Shown here: positions 44,201 to 57,337 of the stretch, one piece after another
How the letters are laid out: the number at the start of each line of letters is the position of its first letter
How positions within the stretch are numbered: the first letter of the stretch is position 1
Source: a virus
Direction: 5' to 3' (one strand)
DNA length: 64,000 nucleotides
IMG/VR virus record: IMGVR_UViG_3300005095_000128
Coordinates: 19,582 to 83,581 of that record
The notes under the pieces: model-generated
Told to the model about the DNA's origin: nothing
The model's database searches: none
What the model saw: only the letters and a program-made list of their open reading frames with translations
Made by a program: the position numbers and the translations under genes

Positions 44201-47200
44201 GGCGAAGTTGTACCTGGTCGAATTCCACAACGACAAAGGCGAAAAGCTTGGTAAGTACCGCTACGCAACTTACGAAGACAACCCGCTCAACCACCACTTC
44301 TACGACAACATGCGCGAGTACGCTGAATACATCATTGGCAATTACGGCTCACGCGCCGAAGTGCAAGATCTCGGAGCAACGGAGACGCACGTGCACCCGT
44401 CCATGCTCAATCCATATGCGCGGGATGGGCGGTGGCCAGACTTCATCCCGAACTACGGTGGCATCATGCCGCGTGGCGACTTCCTCATGGTTACGCGGCA
44501 CCGCGATTCAAGCTTTGTGGAGAACTGGGTATTCGAGCAGTACGAAAAAGCGCTCAAGGCATTCTGGCCATATGTGTACGTAAACCGGGCGTCGCACTGG
44601 GCCGTGGGATGGATGGAGCATCTCATGGTGTCACAATTTGCGCCGCCCGACGTGCTTGAAAAGATCATCGAGACCATCGAGGATTTTCCGCGCGACACCA
44701 TTCCGAACGAAGACGAGTTCTACGAAGCAGTCCACGAGCGGATCGTTGAGGTGTGGGAAGAGATGACGGCAGACGAAAAGCTCGAGTACCTCCGCAAATC
44801 CGCGGACGAGGGCGAAATCGACCCGATTCCGCCGGAGCTCGAGCAGGAGGTGGAAGAAGACTGGCATACCGATGCAGTGGACAAATGGCTCGAAGAGCAG
44901 GGCAAGAAGCACTACTTCACCTTCTTGCCCTCCGAAGCGTACCACCGCATCGAGGAGGATTACATCTGGCACTAAGGAGGTGGCAATGCGCGTCGCAACG
45001 GTGGCGGATGATGGGATTTTCATAATGGCCGTGGGCTACATCGCCCTTATTCAACGCGATGAGGGCGATCGTCCATACGGTATCACGATGGTAGCTGAGT
45101 GCCGCGAGCATGGCGAAATTGTGATGTGGTTTACTAGCGAGGAGAGCGCTCGCAGGTGCTTCGACGAGCTCTTAGCGCGGGCGCAGAGTAGCCACCTCGT
45201 CATGCTAGATACGTTGGCCGCGATCCACGGCGGTAGAATTGATGTGTTTTTGTAAGGAGCAAGCATGTTGCGCCTAGCAAGGAAGTTCTTTAGGAGTGGA
45301 AGGAAGTTCATCTATGTGATTCGGGTTGATATACCCAACCCGGATTGTTGCATTCCAAAAGTGATTATTCGCGCATTCATTCCTAGCGAGTTTGGGTTGG
45401 ATGAATACGATTCATCCATTGACGAGTTTTTGTTCGAGTGGTGGGAAGGGGGGCCAGAGGGAGCGCAAGAGATTACGGAAGAGGAATTCGCAAACAGTGT
45501 GCCCGGTGGTAGAGAGTTGGTGGAAAGGGAGCAGCAAAGGCTACTAGAGGTATTGTAAATGCCCTTCGTGGGCCATGAAGTTGTTCCAGTGGGGAAGGTG
45601 GAAGCATGTCGCTCAAACCATACGGGGCAATCCTAATGCAGGATGTCGGTAAGGCAGACTTGGCATTGCTCATCATCGCCAACAACATTGTATTACCCAA
45701 GGTACGCGCGTTGCACAAACGCGCCAAGGAGCTTCTCGGTGAACGCGAGATGGACGTAATGCTTTGCGAGCATGTCAAGGGCGGCATTGTTGCACTCGTG
45801 CGCGTTGTGCCGTTGTGGGTCATCGCGCGGCTAACGGATAACAACTTTGCTCAGTTAGACAAAAACGAGCTCAATGTGATTCTCGACATTAGCCTACACG
45901 CTGGTGATCTCTTTGGTCCATCCAACGCGGAGATTGCCGAGCTCAACCAGTTGCATAGCCTCACCATTTGCCCAATGCATCCGATGGGCATGACCAAGTT
46001 GGTTCTCGAGCTAAACAAAGTCGACGATAATGGAGTGGAGTACATAGAGGAGCTAGTGGCCACGTTTATCGTGGAAGGGAGGTGAGTAATATGCCAACCG
46101 TGCAAATCCCTTTGCGTGCGCAACTAGTGGTCAACGGGAATACCATCGATTACCCGCTTCTTAGCGTAGCCGTTGACCAGCATGTGTGGGAGAGTGTTGC
46201 AAAAATCGTCAAGCGGCAATGGATCGCTGGCATCGACAAAAGTGCTGGCACCGATGTAGCAATTCGCTTTCCGTTGCTTGGGGAGTTCGCCGACGAACTC
46301 GTGGATAGCTTGATGCAGTACTTGCGCGAGCATTGGGATGAGCTTTCCGTTGAGCAGGTGGAATCACTCATAAGGCAAGTTAGGAAAACGCCCGCAATCG
46401 AGGTGAAGTTCGACATCGATGATACCCTTGGCGGCATTGTGGGGTACACCACGCTTAGGGTGTCCCTGTAATAGAAGGAGGTGGAATGATGGAACTCAAG
46501 AAGGAAATGGAACGCATTGCGGAGGACATCCGTGAAGCGTTGGAAGCGCTCGAGCGAGTAGTGCAAGGCAATGCAGACAGCAACGATGAGCGCACGGTTC
46601 GCGAGTGGCTTGACGTGCACGATTGTAATGCTGACCTCTTTGAAGCCTTTTTAGATCAACTCCTCGACATTGAGGTACATGAAGCATACTCGTTCGCCAC
46701 GCGCAATCGCTACCCGCACGAAGTGCACTTGGTGCATGGCGTGGGCGGGCCAAACGTGCGTACGATCGTCAACACAAATGGTGAAGGCGTCGTGCGCGTG
46801 GCATGGGGAACCGATGTCGTGGAGTTGCCCATTTGCATCTCCGAAATCACGGACTACATCCTCACGATGCAGGGGGACATGTAATGTTGCTCGGCGCACT
46901 AGATAAGGAGGTACGCAATGGGTAAGCTATACGCGATTGCAGCTGGATTTAGGGACGACCCTGTGGCTTTGTTGGTGCCGCGCGAACAGTTTGACTACGC
47001 CGTAACGAAACTCATGGAGCGAGCCAAGCGGTGCAATGGCCCGGTAGCAGAAAGCATTGGACCAATCGATGCATTTGTGCTCTATGACATCTACGACCAA
47101 GCACCACGCTTGCCGGCATTAGACGAAAAGAGCATCATTACCGTAGATGGGCACCACGTGCAACCAGACATGGAAATGCAGGAAGTAACGCTTGTGCTTG

Positions 47201-50200
47201 ATGGCGATAAGCTCATCGTGTATGCCCATCCAGCATACAGCGCAGATGACGCGCTATATGCGGTCTTGTCCATCGAGGAGGTGGGAAATGCTACCTCGGC
47301 GCACTAGAGAATGGCTTTCCCGCGTCATCGAGTTCACGCTCAATAATGCTGAAGTAAACAACGAACAAGCAAAAGCAATTGACGATAGCCTCGTGCGAAT
47401 CATCGAAGAGTCGCCATCTTTCGCTATTCGAGACATTGCGCGTGCAATGCGTTATGCATTGTTCCAATGGCAGAAAATGGGCAACAAGCTAGATCCATTC
47501 GGCCAAGGCCACTTTGGGCTTCACGCGCGAACGCGATTTTACACGCTCGCAAAGGTGCTTGATGCACTACTCGCCGAGCTAGCTTATCCGTCGTTGGGTG
47601 AGCTAAGGGATAAGTGGTCGGATGAGCTCGAGAACAGATAGGAGGTGGCAAGATGGCACAATACTTGAACTGGCGAAAACTCGAGCATAGCGAACCGTGC
47701 AAGTATGCGTTTGTATCGCCACCGCCGGCGTTTGATGCGGCAGCAATGAACTGGGAGCGCATGCAACGCTTAGAGGTCAGTGCTAATGCCGCCACTTTCG
47801 ACGACATCATGGCTTTGGCAAGCGTGTCGAGCGAGGTGGTGCGCAATCAAATTTTGCAACGCGCTCTCCGGCTACCGTTGGGCGACATCGCTGTCTTTCT
47901 TGCACTCAGTGAAGACATTTACTACGGCGGCGAAGGCGATCCATGCTCCATCATCAAGGAAGCAGACGACCCACTAGAGGCAGAAAATGATCTCTGGCGA
48001 CAGGTTGAGGTCGTGACTACTCGCGCTACCGCCATAGTGGTGGTCCATAACCACCAAGCAAAGCATGGACTCGAGAAACTCATCGAGGAGCACGATCCAT
48101 ACGCTAACGTGCTTGTTCTAGCCGGCTGGAAGGGACTCTACGCATGGATCAAGGATGAGTTTGATTGGATCTTGCAGAGGGGGTGATAAGCATGCGGTTC
48201 GATGAGTTTGTTGCCAAGGTGGAAGAGGCCATCGAAAGGAAGTGCTCGGAAGCACCGGTAGCATTTGACATCTTCCCGGAGCTCAAAAACGATCGCACAT
48301 CCCTTGTGCTACACGTTGATGCAGATGGCGCATACGTCGTGACCGTACATGAGTCGAGCGGCACGCCGGAATCCGTTTGCTTTGGCCGTGCCGTTGAATA
48401 CGACATTCCAAAGCTACTCAAAGGAAGCGAGCTTTTGCACTTGCTGCGCCAGGCCAAGCCGCTCGTTGAGCGAATCATTGCCGGCATTGACGAGTATTGG
48501 GATGGCTCGCGGTGGCGTGCGCAGTGGAGCGACGACGCGGTAGCCGCCAACCGCGAACTCGAGCGCTTATTCGTCGAGAAGGTCAACGAGCTAGAATGGG
48601 CTACGCCCGTCGACGAGTACGACTACATCGAGGACTACATCAACCACTGGCATGCTGGACATGCGGAGCGCTTCCTCGATGAGGTAGAACGCGCTGGCAT
48701 CGAACGGTGGGTTGAGGAAACCGTGAATGAGGAAGCATGCAATGGATTTTTGCTTGACGGCGAACTGCTGATGCGGGCAATTCGTGAGCTCAAAGAAGGG
48801 AGGTGGTGGTAATGGTGGTAAGGCTTATCCAGGTGCGTGAGCGCGATGGACGTGAGGAGGTCATCATGCAAAAACCGCACCTCGAAGAGGCGGCCATTGT
48901 GATGTCGATGCTCGCCGGCGAGTCAACGCACGAGGGTGCTCTGCATGCGCTCAAAAATGAGCATGAAGCCATCGTGCGCGATGGCGAGTTTGTTTACATT
49001 GCGGAGGTGATTCATGAATAGAGCGGAGATTGATAGAATCGTCGAGCTGCTAGACAGGATGGGTGTCGAAGTTTTCGTTGACGATGATTTTGCAACGATC
49101 GCTTGGGGCACAACCGAACAATGCGCCGTTGTGCCCTATACGCATGATGACACCCAGGTAACGCACTGGATCTCAACGTGGCGCGAGCCGGATCTTACGC
49201 CACGCGGGTACTGGATGTACGAATCGCGCGATGGCGTATATCCGCTCGAGGATCCCGAGCGGCATGACACGCTCATGGTGAGCGAATACATCGATTGGCT
49301 CAGAAAAAACGTTGGCAAGTCCACCGCTAACACCGTGGCGCTACGCATCTACAAAGATGTGTGCGACACGGTGTTTTTCTGCTTGGGGAAGTGAGAGCAT
49401 GGCGCGATACGTCGCATGGTTCGGCCATTACGGTTTTGGACCGGAGGAAAGCATCGAGGGAGATTTTGACGAGGTGGCGCTGTTCTTAGACCGCGTTCAG
49501 CGCGAGAACGGCGTCGCCGATCCGGTGCCATTCACGGAAGATGCCATCGCTCAGAATGGCGGCCGGATGATGGCTTATGTGTACGACTTGTTCGGAGATA
49601 TGCTCGAGCTTGGCGTAGAGGAGGTGGGAGATGAGTGAAAGCAAACGAGAAATGAACGAAACCCTAACGAACATCGCCCGCATCGTCGCTGAAGCCACCG
49701 GCTTCGACGGCGAATATGCCGTTGAAATCGATACGAGCGATCCGCGCACATGGGCAATCGTCGCTCGGTTTGGCGACGAGGAGCAGCTATTCTACATCAA
49801 CACACTCAACGAGCTTCAGGAAGCCGTCGAGGCAATGGTGGAGTGGATGCTCAAGAAGGCCGGCGGCAACATGCCGCCGTCGATGGTTTGGGGAAACGTA
49901 GCTAAGGCGTGAGGGTTCTTCTTGGCATCGTTGTCGGCCTCGGCGTGCTAACGTTGGCAAGCTACATCATGCCAATCGCCATCGCCATCGTGGCCGCCGA
50001 GGCCATTTTTGAACTCATTGAGCTGGGAAGGAGGTGGTTGCGTGGGTCTTTATGACAAGATGCGCGTCATCAATATGACGCCGCATGTGATTAGGATTAG
50101 GGCACTAGATGGAAGGATCGACACGTTCGAGCCTAGCGGAAAGCTCATCCGCGTCGATGAGGATGTGGCGACGTATATAGCCCCCGTCAACGATTACGAC

Positions 50201-53148
50201 GCCGTGCGCAAGTGGACAACCACGCTCACGTCGCAAAGCAAGCAGATCTTGCGCGAACTCGAGGGCGACGAGCCGGTTCTTGTGCTAGTTAGCTGGCGTG
50301 CTGGCGAGCTCATCGAGAAGGCGGGGGTCGTTTTCAAAAATGTCGTCATCGCCTCACCAGATACATCGACGTTCTTCATCGACGAGGGTGGCAATTTAGC
50401 CGTTGAGCGTATCACCATTCACTCCGATGGGAGGCTCATTGAATGACAACGAGTAGGGCCATTTCGCTTTTTGCGTTTGTGGTGATGTTCATCACGCTTA
50501 TAGCCTGGCCAATGGCTAAGCGCTACGTTGAAGCGCATCCGCGTCCTAAGCACTACAACGAGGACATTGTTCTCATTGCGGATGCGCTCGACCTAGCTAA
50601 TGAACGTCTTGAGCGCATGGGAGAATCGCTCCGCCAAGCGGAGGAAGCACTCGAGCTTGCTTCACAAAAACTCGACCTGCTCGAAGACGCCCTCCGCGTG
50701 CGCCAGGGCAAGATGCAGTGGATCAACGCTGAGGTCACCGCGTATACGCCGTACTACGAATCAACGCAAAAGACTCCTAGCCACCCAGCATTCAACATCA
50801 CAGCAAGCGGATTGCGTGGTGGATTCGGCGTGTGCGCGGCTGATCCGATTTGGCCGTTTGGCACGGTTTTTTATGTACCAGGGTTAGGTGCTTGCGTTGT
50901 CCTCGACCGCGGTGGAGCCATCCGCAACCACCGCACAGGAGGGCGGCACGCGATCGACTTCATGGTTGCGCCGGAGTGGTTGGACCGCACAACCGCAGTG
51001 CGCATCGCACGCGAATGGGGCCGTAGAAGGCTAGCCGTGCGTGTGCTCTATGTGCCATAATGGAGATGCTATGGACGTGATGGATTTGTATCACCAGGTA
51101 CGCAAAGCTGATCGGAACACGTTCCTCGGCATGCTCAAGGAAGCCAAGGACGAGGAGCTGATTGCGATTCAGAACGTTCTCGAACTGCTCCGCGTTGAAC
51201 TCGACGGAAAGCTCAAGGCGAAAGCGACCCTCGCTGAAAAGGCAAGGGTAGATGGCGACAACGATCGTCTGAGCCGGATTCTTGAAGAGATTAGCCAATT
51301 GCAAACCGGCATTGGCTGGACAAAGTGGAAGGAGGTGGCATTGCGACATGAGTTTGAGAGGAGGTTCAAGCGTGCTGAATCGCTTGCGGAACAAGTCGAG
51401 CAATATCTCCTCAAGCACGCTTGATGGCCAGGCCGTTGTACTTGCGTCGTCGGCGGAGCTAAGCACCGATCGCTTCGCCGGCGATGTGATCGCACAGCTA
51501 ATCGATCGGTACGGCGCCGAGGCAACCGGGGTGGTGGAAGCCATCGTACAATCACGCATTCCAGGCTACTACCCGCATCTGCACCGCCGGTACTTCGTGC
51601 GCCGCTTGGAAAGTGTCTTCTCGCGCCCTAGCGACAAGCGGGCGCAAGCAGCGATGGCGATGCTACAGCGCATCGCCTCGCATGTGAAAGCGGGGGAGGT
51701 GGAGATGGCATGACATTGATGCAGCTTGCTAGTCGACTCCAAAAACTTGGCCTAAAAGTTGTTAAAAAAGACGGTGGCTTGTTGATTTCTTTCAATGGCA
51801 AGACCGTGCGCGTTGACCAGCCCGACGAAGAACAACTTCGACAGATCGCCAACAAGCTCGTTGGGCGTGGGTACGGGAAAAAGTTCGTCGAGGCGTTCCT
51901 CGGACTGACACCCATGCACCCGTACATTGCACACGTATTCGAGTCGACGATCGGATCCTGGGGTGACGTGATCACCCCAGAGGATGCGAGGCGGCTAAAA
52001 ATGCCACCCGAGGCGCTCGTCGAGGGTAATTTGCTCCTTGCCTACGCCATTGGCAGCGAGGTGCACATTCGCCTCGCGTCAGCGGTAAGTAAAGCCCTCG
52101 AGCGCTTGGGTATGCGCGAGACCGGTCCGGCGCGAGCAGCGCTCGCCGACGCCATCAAAAAGGCTGGCCTCGATGAGCCGTACCACATCGAGTACGGTCC
52201 TGGCCTTCGCGGGCGTGGTGAGCGTTTCGTGATTCGCGAGGGAAAGCTCAAGGACATATGGGAACAATACATTGACGAGCTCGTTAGCCTCGGCGAAGAA
52301 ATCTTCTCCTCCGTCGAGGTTGAAGTTGCCGACAAAGACGTGATCTCGGCGATGGCCACGCTCATCGAGGCTGGCGTGGTCAATGCCGATGGCGGCATCA
52401 ACATGAACAAGTTCCGCCGTGTGCTCGAGGAGGCAAAGCGCCATGCGGTGCCCGCGGTGCGGTCGTGACATCTATGCGGATGATTCCCACTGGGGACACG
52501 GCTCAACTACATGCCCGATACGCGCATTTGCTACTCTCGATGACTTCAAGGCCGAGTTTGCCCCTTGGGGCATCGACTCTCCCCGGCGCTTGCCCCGCGA
52601 GGCAATTGTGAACCACGTCCCGCTCATGGTGGATCGGGCGCTTGCGCTACTCATCACGCAAGCGCCAGAGGATCTAAGGCGGCAAATCAAAAGGATTGTC
52701 GGGAGGTGATAGCATGATGTGTGAGGAAAGGATCAAGGCTGGCAAGAAGATGATGGAGTTCTTGGGGTCGCTGTGCCGTGAGCAGTACATGGAGTACCCG
52801 TTGTGGTGTGCATTCAAAAGCAATCGCTATGGCATCGTAGAGTTGATTGATGAATTTAACAACGCAATGCGCGAGCTCGTACATAAACTAGATGCATCAT
52901 TTTGGACCAAGAGCCAGTCGTTCTCCATCAAAGAGATTACGACTATACCAGAAGGAAACCACCCCCTCCTTGCGGCTGCTCGTCAAGTTCTAGAAGCCGA
53001 AATGTGGCGGATCATCTACAACGCGCTCCAATTTGTCAAGCCAAAGGGTGTGAGGCTACAGCTTTATGTGCACCTCACAAACAAAGACCGCAAGCTCAAC
53101 CTAGAAGTAAGGGTTGAGCCGAGGTGGGAAGGGGAGGAAGCTGAGTGA
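41226..53148 (+). CDS. Array of about 30 small hypothetical early/host-takeover ORFs (e.g. 41860-42270, 43105-43593, 44193-44975, 46486-46884, 47653-48186, 48192-48812, 51710-52468)
   Basis: Closely packed ORFs with strong GGAGG SDs. No motifs recognised except the 3D protein listed separately. Confidence 0.65.
50443..51060 (+). CDS. Membrane-anchored 3D-domain (MltA-like) cell-wall protein
   Basis: TM helix, coiled coil, then VTAY...ITASG...AADP..PFGT..YVPGLG...DRGGAI...IDF...WGRR. Confidence 0.88.
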   Translation: MTTSRAISLFAFVVMFITLIAWPMAKRYVEAHPRPKHYNEDIVLIADALDLANERLERMGESLRQAEEALELASQKLDLLEDALRVRQGKMQWINAEVTAYTPYYESTQKTPSHPAFNITASGLRGGFGVCAADPIWPFGTVFYVPGLGACVVLDRGGAIRNHRTGGRHAIDFMVAPEWLDRTTAVRIAREWGRRRLAVRVLYVP

Positions 53149-54785
53149 TTCGCCTAACGGCCAATGGCCCAAAGGCTGTTGGTAGGCGGGATGCCGTAGC
53201 GCTCGACGCGCTCGATCGGCGCTACGGCATCTCCGCCATCGTGCGGAGGATGGGATGGCCAGGCTACATGCCGGAGGTCATCCCAATCCTCCGGGGTGCT
53301 GGGCTCAAGGTTGAAGCCCCGCTCGATCTGCTTCGCCAGATCGACCGTGAGCTCTCGCCACTCAAGGGGTGGAACGGCAAGGAATACACATGGCTAGATA
53401 CCTGGCGCAAATTCCACCCGGAGATCGAGCGGGTGCGCAAGAAGCTCGAGCGGTTTGAGCTTCACCCGTTTGCTCGCGACGATGTGGCTGAAATCGCTGC
53501 CACGCGCGAGCAGGCGATCATCGCCTATGAGCCCGGGCTTGGGAAGACTCGCACTTCACTCGCTATCGCCTATGCCTGGGGTAGCAAGCGCGTGCTAATC
53601 GTCGTTCCCGGGCGCTTGCGTGAGCAGTGGAAGCGTGAGATAAAAACATTCTTTGGTGGTAAACCACCTTTTGAATACGCCATTCTTAGCTACGAGCAAC
53701 TTGTTCGCGAGGAGGACGAGTTCGCTCGGTACGATACCGCTATTCTCGACGAAGCACATTACATCAAAAATCCCGAGACGGAACGGTTCAAGGCAGCCAT
53801 GAAGCTTGCCGCCACTAGGCGCATTGCGCTCACCGGCACCCCGATCGGCGGATACGTTGACGACCTCATTGGAATTGTTAAGTGGATTACGGCTCAAAGG
53901 CCTTATCTTGATCGCCTTGGGCCTGACTTTCGCGAGCGGTTTAGCTATACCAATGGCTCGCGCCGCGCACCGGGCATCAAGCTTGCCGGCGTCTTGCGCG
54001 ACAAGCTCGCGCATATCATCAAGATCCGCACGCGCGAGGAGCCCGAGGTAAGCATTGCCAACCAAGTGCCGAAGATGCGTCTCATTCGCATTCAGTTCGA
54101 GCGCGAGCTTCGTGATTTTTACTTGCAAAACGCTCGCAAGATTCGCGAGTGGTGGCTGTCTCTTGAAAATCCATCCGAGGCAAAGGCAAGGCTCGGCATC
54201 CACCGTATCGTCAAGGCGGCAGTGTTGCCGCAGTCGCTATCTGGATGGGGTGCAAAGGAAACGCGCTTACAGCGAAAGGTGCTCGAACTCGTTGAACAGC
54301 ACCGCCATCGCAATCCAATCGTGATTGCTAGCCATATTGACGTGGCGAAGTTCTACGCCGACCGGCTTGGCGTCAAGGCGGTGACGAGTCGCATCCCGAT
54401 CAAGCGCCGCCAGGACATCATCGACCAGTGGCGCGAGCATGGCGGTGTGCTCGTGGGGACCATCGGAGTGCTCGGCGAGGGCTGGAACTTCCAACACTCC
54501 GGCACGATCATCTTCGCCGAGCCGGATTGGAAGGCAACACTCATCATCCAGGCAATCTTTAGGGTGTTGCGGCCGGGCCAACGTTGGCAGCCTGAGATCA
54601 TCTTTGTTAGCTACGCGAATAGCGTGCTAGACTACATGTACGAGGTGGTTGCCGAGAAGTCGAAGGCCATGACCGCACTCAACCGTGGCCAAGACATCAA
54701 AGGCCGCATGCCGTCCTTTAGGCATCTCATGATGAAGCTCGTTGTGGAGGCGCAAGGTGAACGTCGACATCGTTCGCGTCGCTGA
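53145..54785 (+). CDS. SNF2-like (SF2) helicase
   Basis: EPGLGKT, ILDEAHYIKN, LTGTPI, GEGWNFQ, QAIFRVLRPGQ. Confidence 0.9.
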   Translation: MIRLTANGPKAVGRRDAVALDALDRRYGISAIVRRMGWPGYMPEVIPILRGAGLKVEAPLDLLRQIDRELSPLKGWNGKEYTWLDTWRKFHPEIERVRKKLERFELHPFARDDVAEIAATREQAIIAYEPGLGKTRTSLAIAYAWGSKRVLIVVPGRLREQWKREIKTFFGGKPPFEYAILSYEQLVREEDEFARYDTAILDEAHYIKNPETERFKAAMKLAATRRIALTGTPIGGYVDDLIGIVKWITAQRPYLDRLGPDFRERFSYTNGSRRAPGIKLAGVLRDKLAHIIKIRTREEPEVSIANQVPKMRLIRIQFERELRDFYLQNARKIREWWLSLENPSEAKARLGIHRIVKAAVLPQSLSGWGAKETRLQRKVLELVEQHRHRNPIVIASHIDVAKFYADRLGVKAVTSRIPIKRRQDIIDQWREHGGVLVGTIGVLGEGWNFQHSGTIIFAEPDWKATLIIQAIFRVLRPGQRWQPEIIFVSYANSVLDYMYEVVAEKSKAMTALNRGQDIKGRMPSFRHLMMKLVVEAQGERRHRSRR

Positions 54786-56202
54786 ACGGTTAGGCGTAGC
54801 CCTTCAGCCTAGCGGCGACGAATACAAAGGGCTTTGCCCGATTCACGTGGAGGACACGCCATCGTTCTACGTCAACCCCGAGAAGGGCGTGTTCTATTGC
54901 TTTGGCTGTGGAGCCGGCGGCAACGCTATCACGCTCGTTGCCAAAGCGCATGGTATTAGCAACGCTGAGGCCAAGCGCCTCCTCGCCAAGTGGTTCGGCA
55001 TTCCGCTTGAGGGCAAGGACGAGACGGCGATCGAAGCGGCCAGCCGGCTCGAGCGGCTCGCCGAAGATTTCCACAAAGATGTGGACAAGGCTGTGGATTA
55101 CCTCCACCGCCGGGGCATTTACGATGCGGATGTTATTGAACAATTCCAGGTCGGCTTTGCTGAGCCTGGGTACGCGAAGGATTTGCCGCACGAATTTGCC
55201 CTAGAACTCAAGCTCATCACCGATAGCGGTTTCGAGACCCTCGCCAATCGGGTGATTCTCCCGATCCACACTGCAAGCGGCATGGTCATCGGCCTATCAG
55301 GACGTGCTATCTCCGATGACGTGCAACCGAAGTACATGACAACGAGCGGTTTCAACAAGGCCGATGTGCTGTACGGCCTGCATGCCGCTCGCGACCAAAT
55401 ACGAAAAACTGGACAGGCAGTCGTAGTGGAGGGGCAATTTGATGTGCTCGCCCTCCACCAGGACGGCATTAGCAATGCAGTGGCCGCACTTGGGTCAAAT
55501 CTCATGCTCGAGAATGCGATAGCGCTCAAGCGTGCTGGCGCCGAGCGTGTAATTTATCTCGCCGACGGCGATAAGGCTGGTATAAAGGCGATGTTGCACG
55601 CTTTCGAGGTGTTGTCGTCGATCGGCTTGCGGCCGTATGGATACGTCTTCCCCAAGGGCAAGGACGCCGCCGATTTTGTTGGCGAGCTTAACAAAATTGT
55701 TAACAAGGCATTGCCAGAGGGCGAGATGATCTTTGAGCTCGTTTGTCGCAAAACATGCGAGCCCGATGAATTCATCAATGTGGCCAGGAAAGTGATGAAG
55801 CCGCGCGGCAGGCTCGACCCCGCCTTCCTAGCATTCGCGCGGCGCGCTCATGAGCGCTTTGGATTTAGCGAGTCCGACCTTTACCACGCTCTCAAGAGCA
55901 CCAAGCGCACGCGCAAGATCGTGCGCAAGGTCGCAGGTAGCACCAACGGCGAGCGCAAGGCGTGCGGTACTGTGGCCGTGCGCACCAAGGAAGCCGAGGA
56001 GTACGCTCAAACGCTCGGCGTTCCGGTTGAACGAGTTGGCGATGACGACGGCAAGATGTCGGTAGAAGAGGAGATGGCCATCGATTTCGCATATATATGC
56101 ATTCTCCGGCAAAAACTCGAGGAGGCGCAACGTGCAAATGACTTGCAATCCGCGTGGGAATTGCGTACACTCATTGATGTATATGCGTCGAAGTGGAAGT
56201 GA
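54757..56202 (+). CDS. dnaG: DNA primase
   Basis: CPIH.EDTPSF...CFGCGAGGN zinc finger, PKY, VVEGQFDV, DGDKAG, KDAAD Toprim motifs. Confidence 0.95.
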   Translation: MNVDIVRVAERLGVALQPSGDEYKGLCPIHVEDTPSFYVNPEKGVFYCFGCGAGGNAITLVAKAHGISNAEAKRLLAKWFGIPLEGKDETAIEAASRLERLAEDFHKDVDKAVDYLHRRGIYDADVIEQFQVGFAEPGYAKDLPHEFALELKLITDSGFETLANRVILPIHTASGMVIGLSGRAISDDVQPKYMTTSGFNKADVLYGLHAARDQIRKTGQAVVVEGQFDVLALHQDGISNAVAALGSNLMLENAIALKRAGAERVIYLADGDKAGIKAMLHAFEVLSSIGLRPYGYVFPKGKDAADFVGELNKIVNKALPEGEMIFELVCRKTCEPDEFINVARKVMKPRGRLDPAFLAFARRAHERFGFSESDLYHALKSTKRTRKIVRKVAGSTNGERKACGTVAVRTKEAEEYAQTLGVPVERVGDDDGKMSVEEEMAIDFAYICILRQKLEEAQRANDLQSAWELRTLIDVYASKWK

Positions 56203-56464
56203 TAAGTATGAAGTTGCTAACGAAACGAGAGCGAATCCGAGAGCGACTCGAGAAGCTTGGCGTCAACGCCGACAAGGTATTTTTGTTTGCCGATCAGCAT
56301 AGCGCATTAGTTGCAATGGAAGTGATACCATCCACGGTGCTCGTGATTACGGCCGAGGATTGGCAGCTACGGGCGTACCCGAATGGCAAACCAAGCCAGG
56401 GGAAGTACGCGTGGAAGGTGTTCGGTAGTGGACCGGCGTCTAGCCTAGAGGAGGTGCTCATGTC

Positions 56465-57337
56465 GTGATCATCAACACGACAGCCCTCGACACGCCACGC
56501 GGCATCAATATGGACGAGGTGGTGCAGGCCGCCTACCTTGGCATTCCAATGCGCGACCTAGCGCATAAGCTAGGTGTCCCTCAAACGATGCTAGGCCGGT
56601 GGTTAGGCCTACACTTCCCGCAATACACGCAAGTGCAGCGTGGCACGAGGGAAGCGTACCGCGCCATTGAGGAGTGGCGCGAGTTTCTCGAGAACGTCGA
56701 GTTCGACAATCTACCGGAGGGAATGCAGCACTTCATCGGGATGACGTTCCCTCCGTATGTTTGGATGAGGGAGGATAGGCTATATGACCACAACTGGCTA
56801 AGGAACTTTAGGTATACGCTATACCGCGATAGGAAGTTTCTAGAGCTCTATCTAAAACGCACAACGGGTCAACTACAAGAAAGGGAATACACCTACGTGT
56901 CGCTTAGGCGCCGCTGGGGTACAAAATCCCTAGCGGTCATGGATCTGCTCTGGGGACTCATCGAGCCCGGCTCCCGCGAAGAAGCGCGTGCTCGCAAACT
57001 GTACGGAGCCGTGCTCATCGAAAAAGGAGGGTTGTACGGTGCTAAACAAAAGCCACCTAAAACTGTTAAGGAACTTCACCGACTTTGGCTTAGTGAGGTT
57101 CACGGTAAGCGATGGATCGATCAGGTTAGAAGGAGCTCGTTTTACATATGCGAAGATGGGCCAGACCGGTGGCACCTCCGTTTCCGCTATCGTCGACGTG
57201 GGCGCTATCGCGGACGCTATTGGCACTTTAGGCAGTTCGGAAACGATTACCTTGCGCAACTCAAGCGTAAGGATCGAAGGCGCGGCGGGGTACGTAGACG
57301 TGCCCGTAGTCCGAAGCGAGATCGTGACGATGAGTGA
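56465..57337 (+). CDS. Hypothetical HTH protein
   Basis: MRDLAHKLGVPQTMLGRWL HTH. Its C-terminus overlaps the next gene. Confidence 0.6.
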   Translation: MIINTTALDTPRGINMDEVVQAAYLGIPMRDLAHKLGVPQTMLGRWLGLHFPQYTQVQRGTREAYRAIEEWREFLENVEFDNLPEGMQHFIGMTFPPYVWMREDRLYDHNWLRNFRYTLYRDRKFLELYLKRTTGQLQEREYTYVSLRRRWGTKSLAVMDLLWGLIEPGSREEARARKLYGAVLIEKGGLYGAKQKPPKTVKELHRLWLSEVHGKRWIDQVRRSSFYICEDGPDRWHLRFRYRRRGRYRGRYWHFRQFGNDYLAQLKRKDRRRGGVRRRARSPKRDRDDE

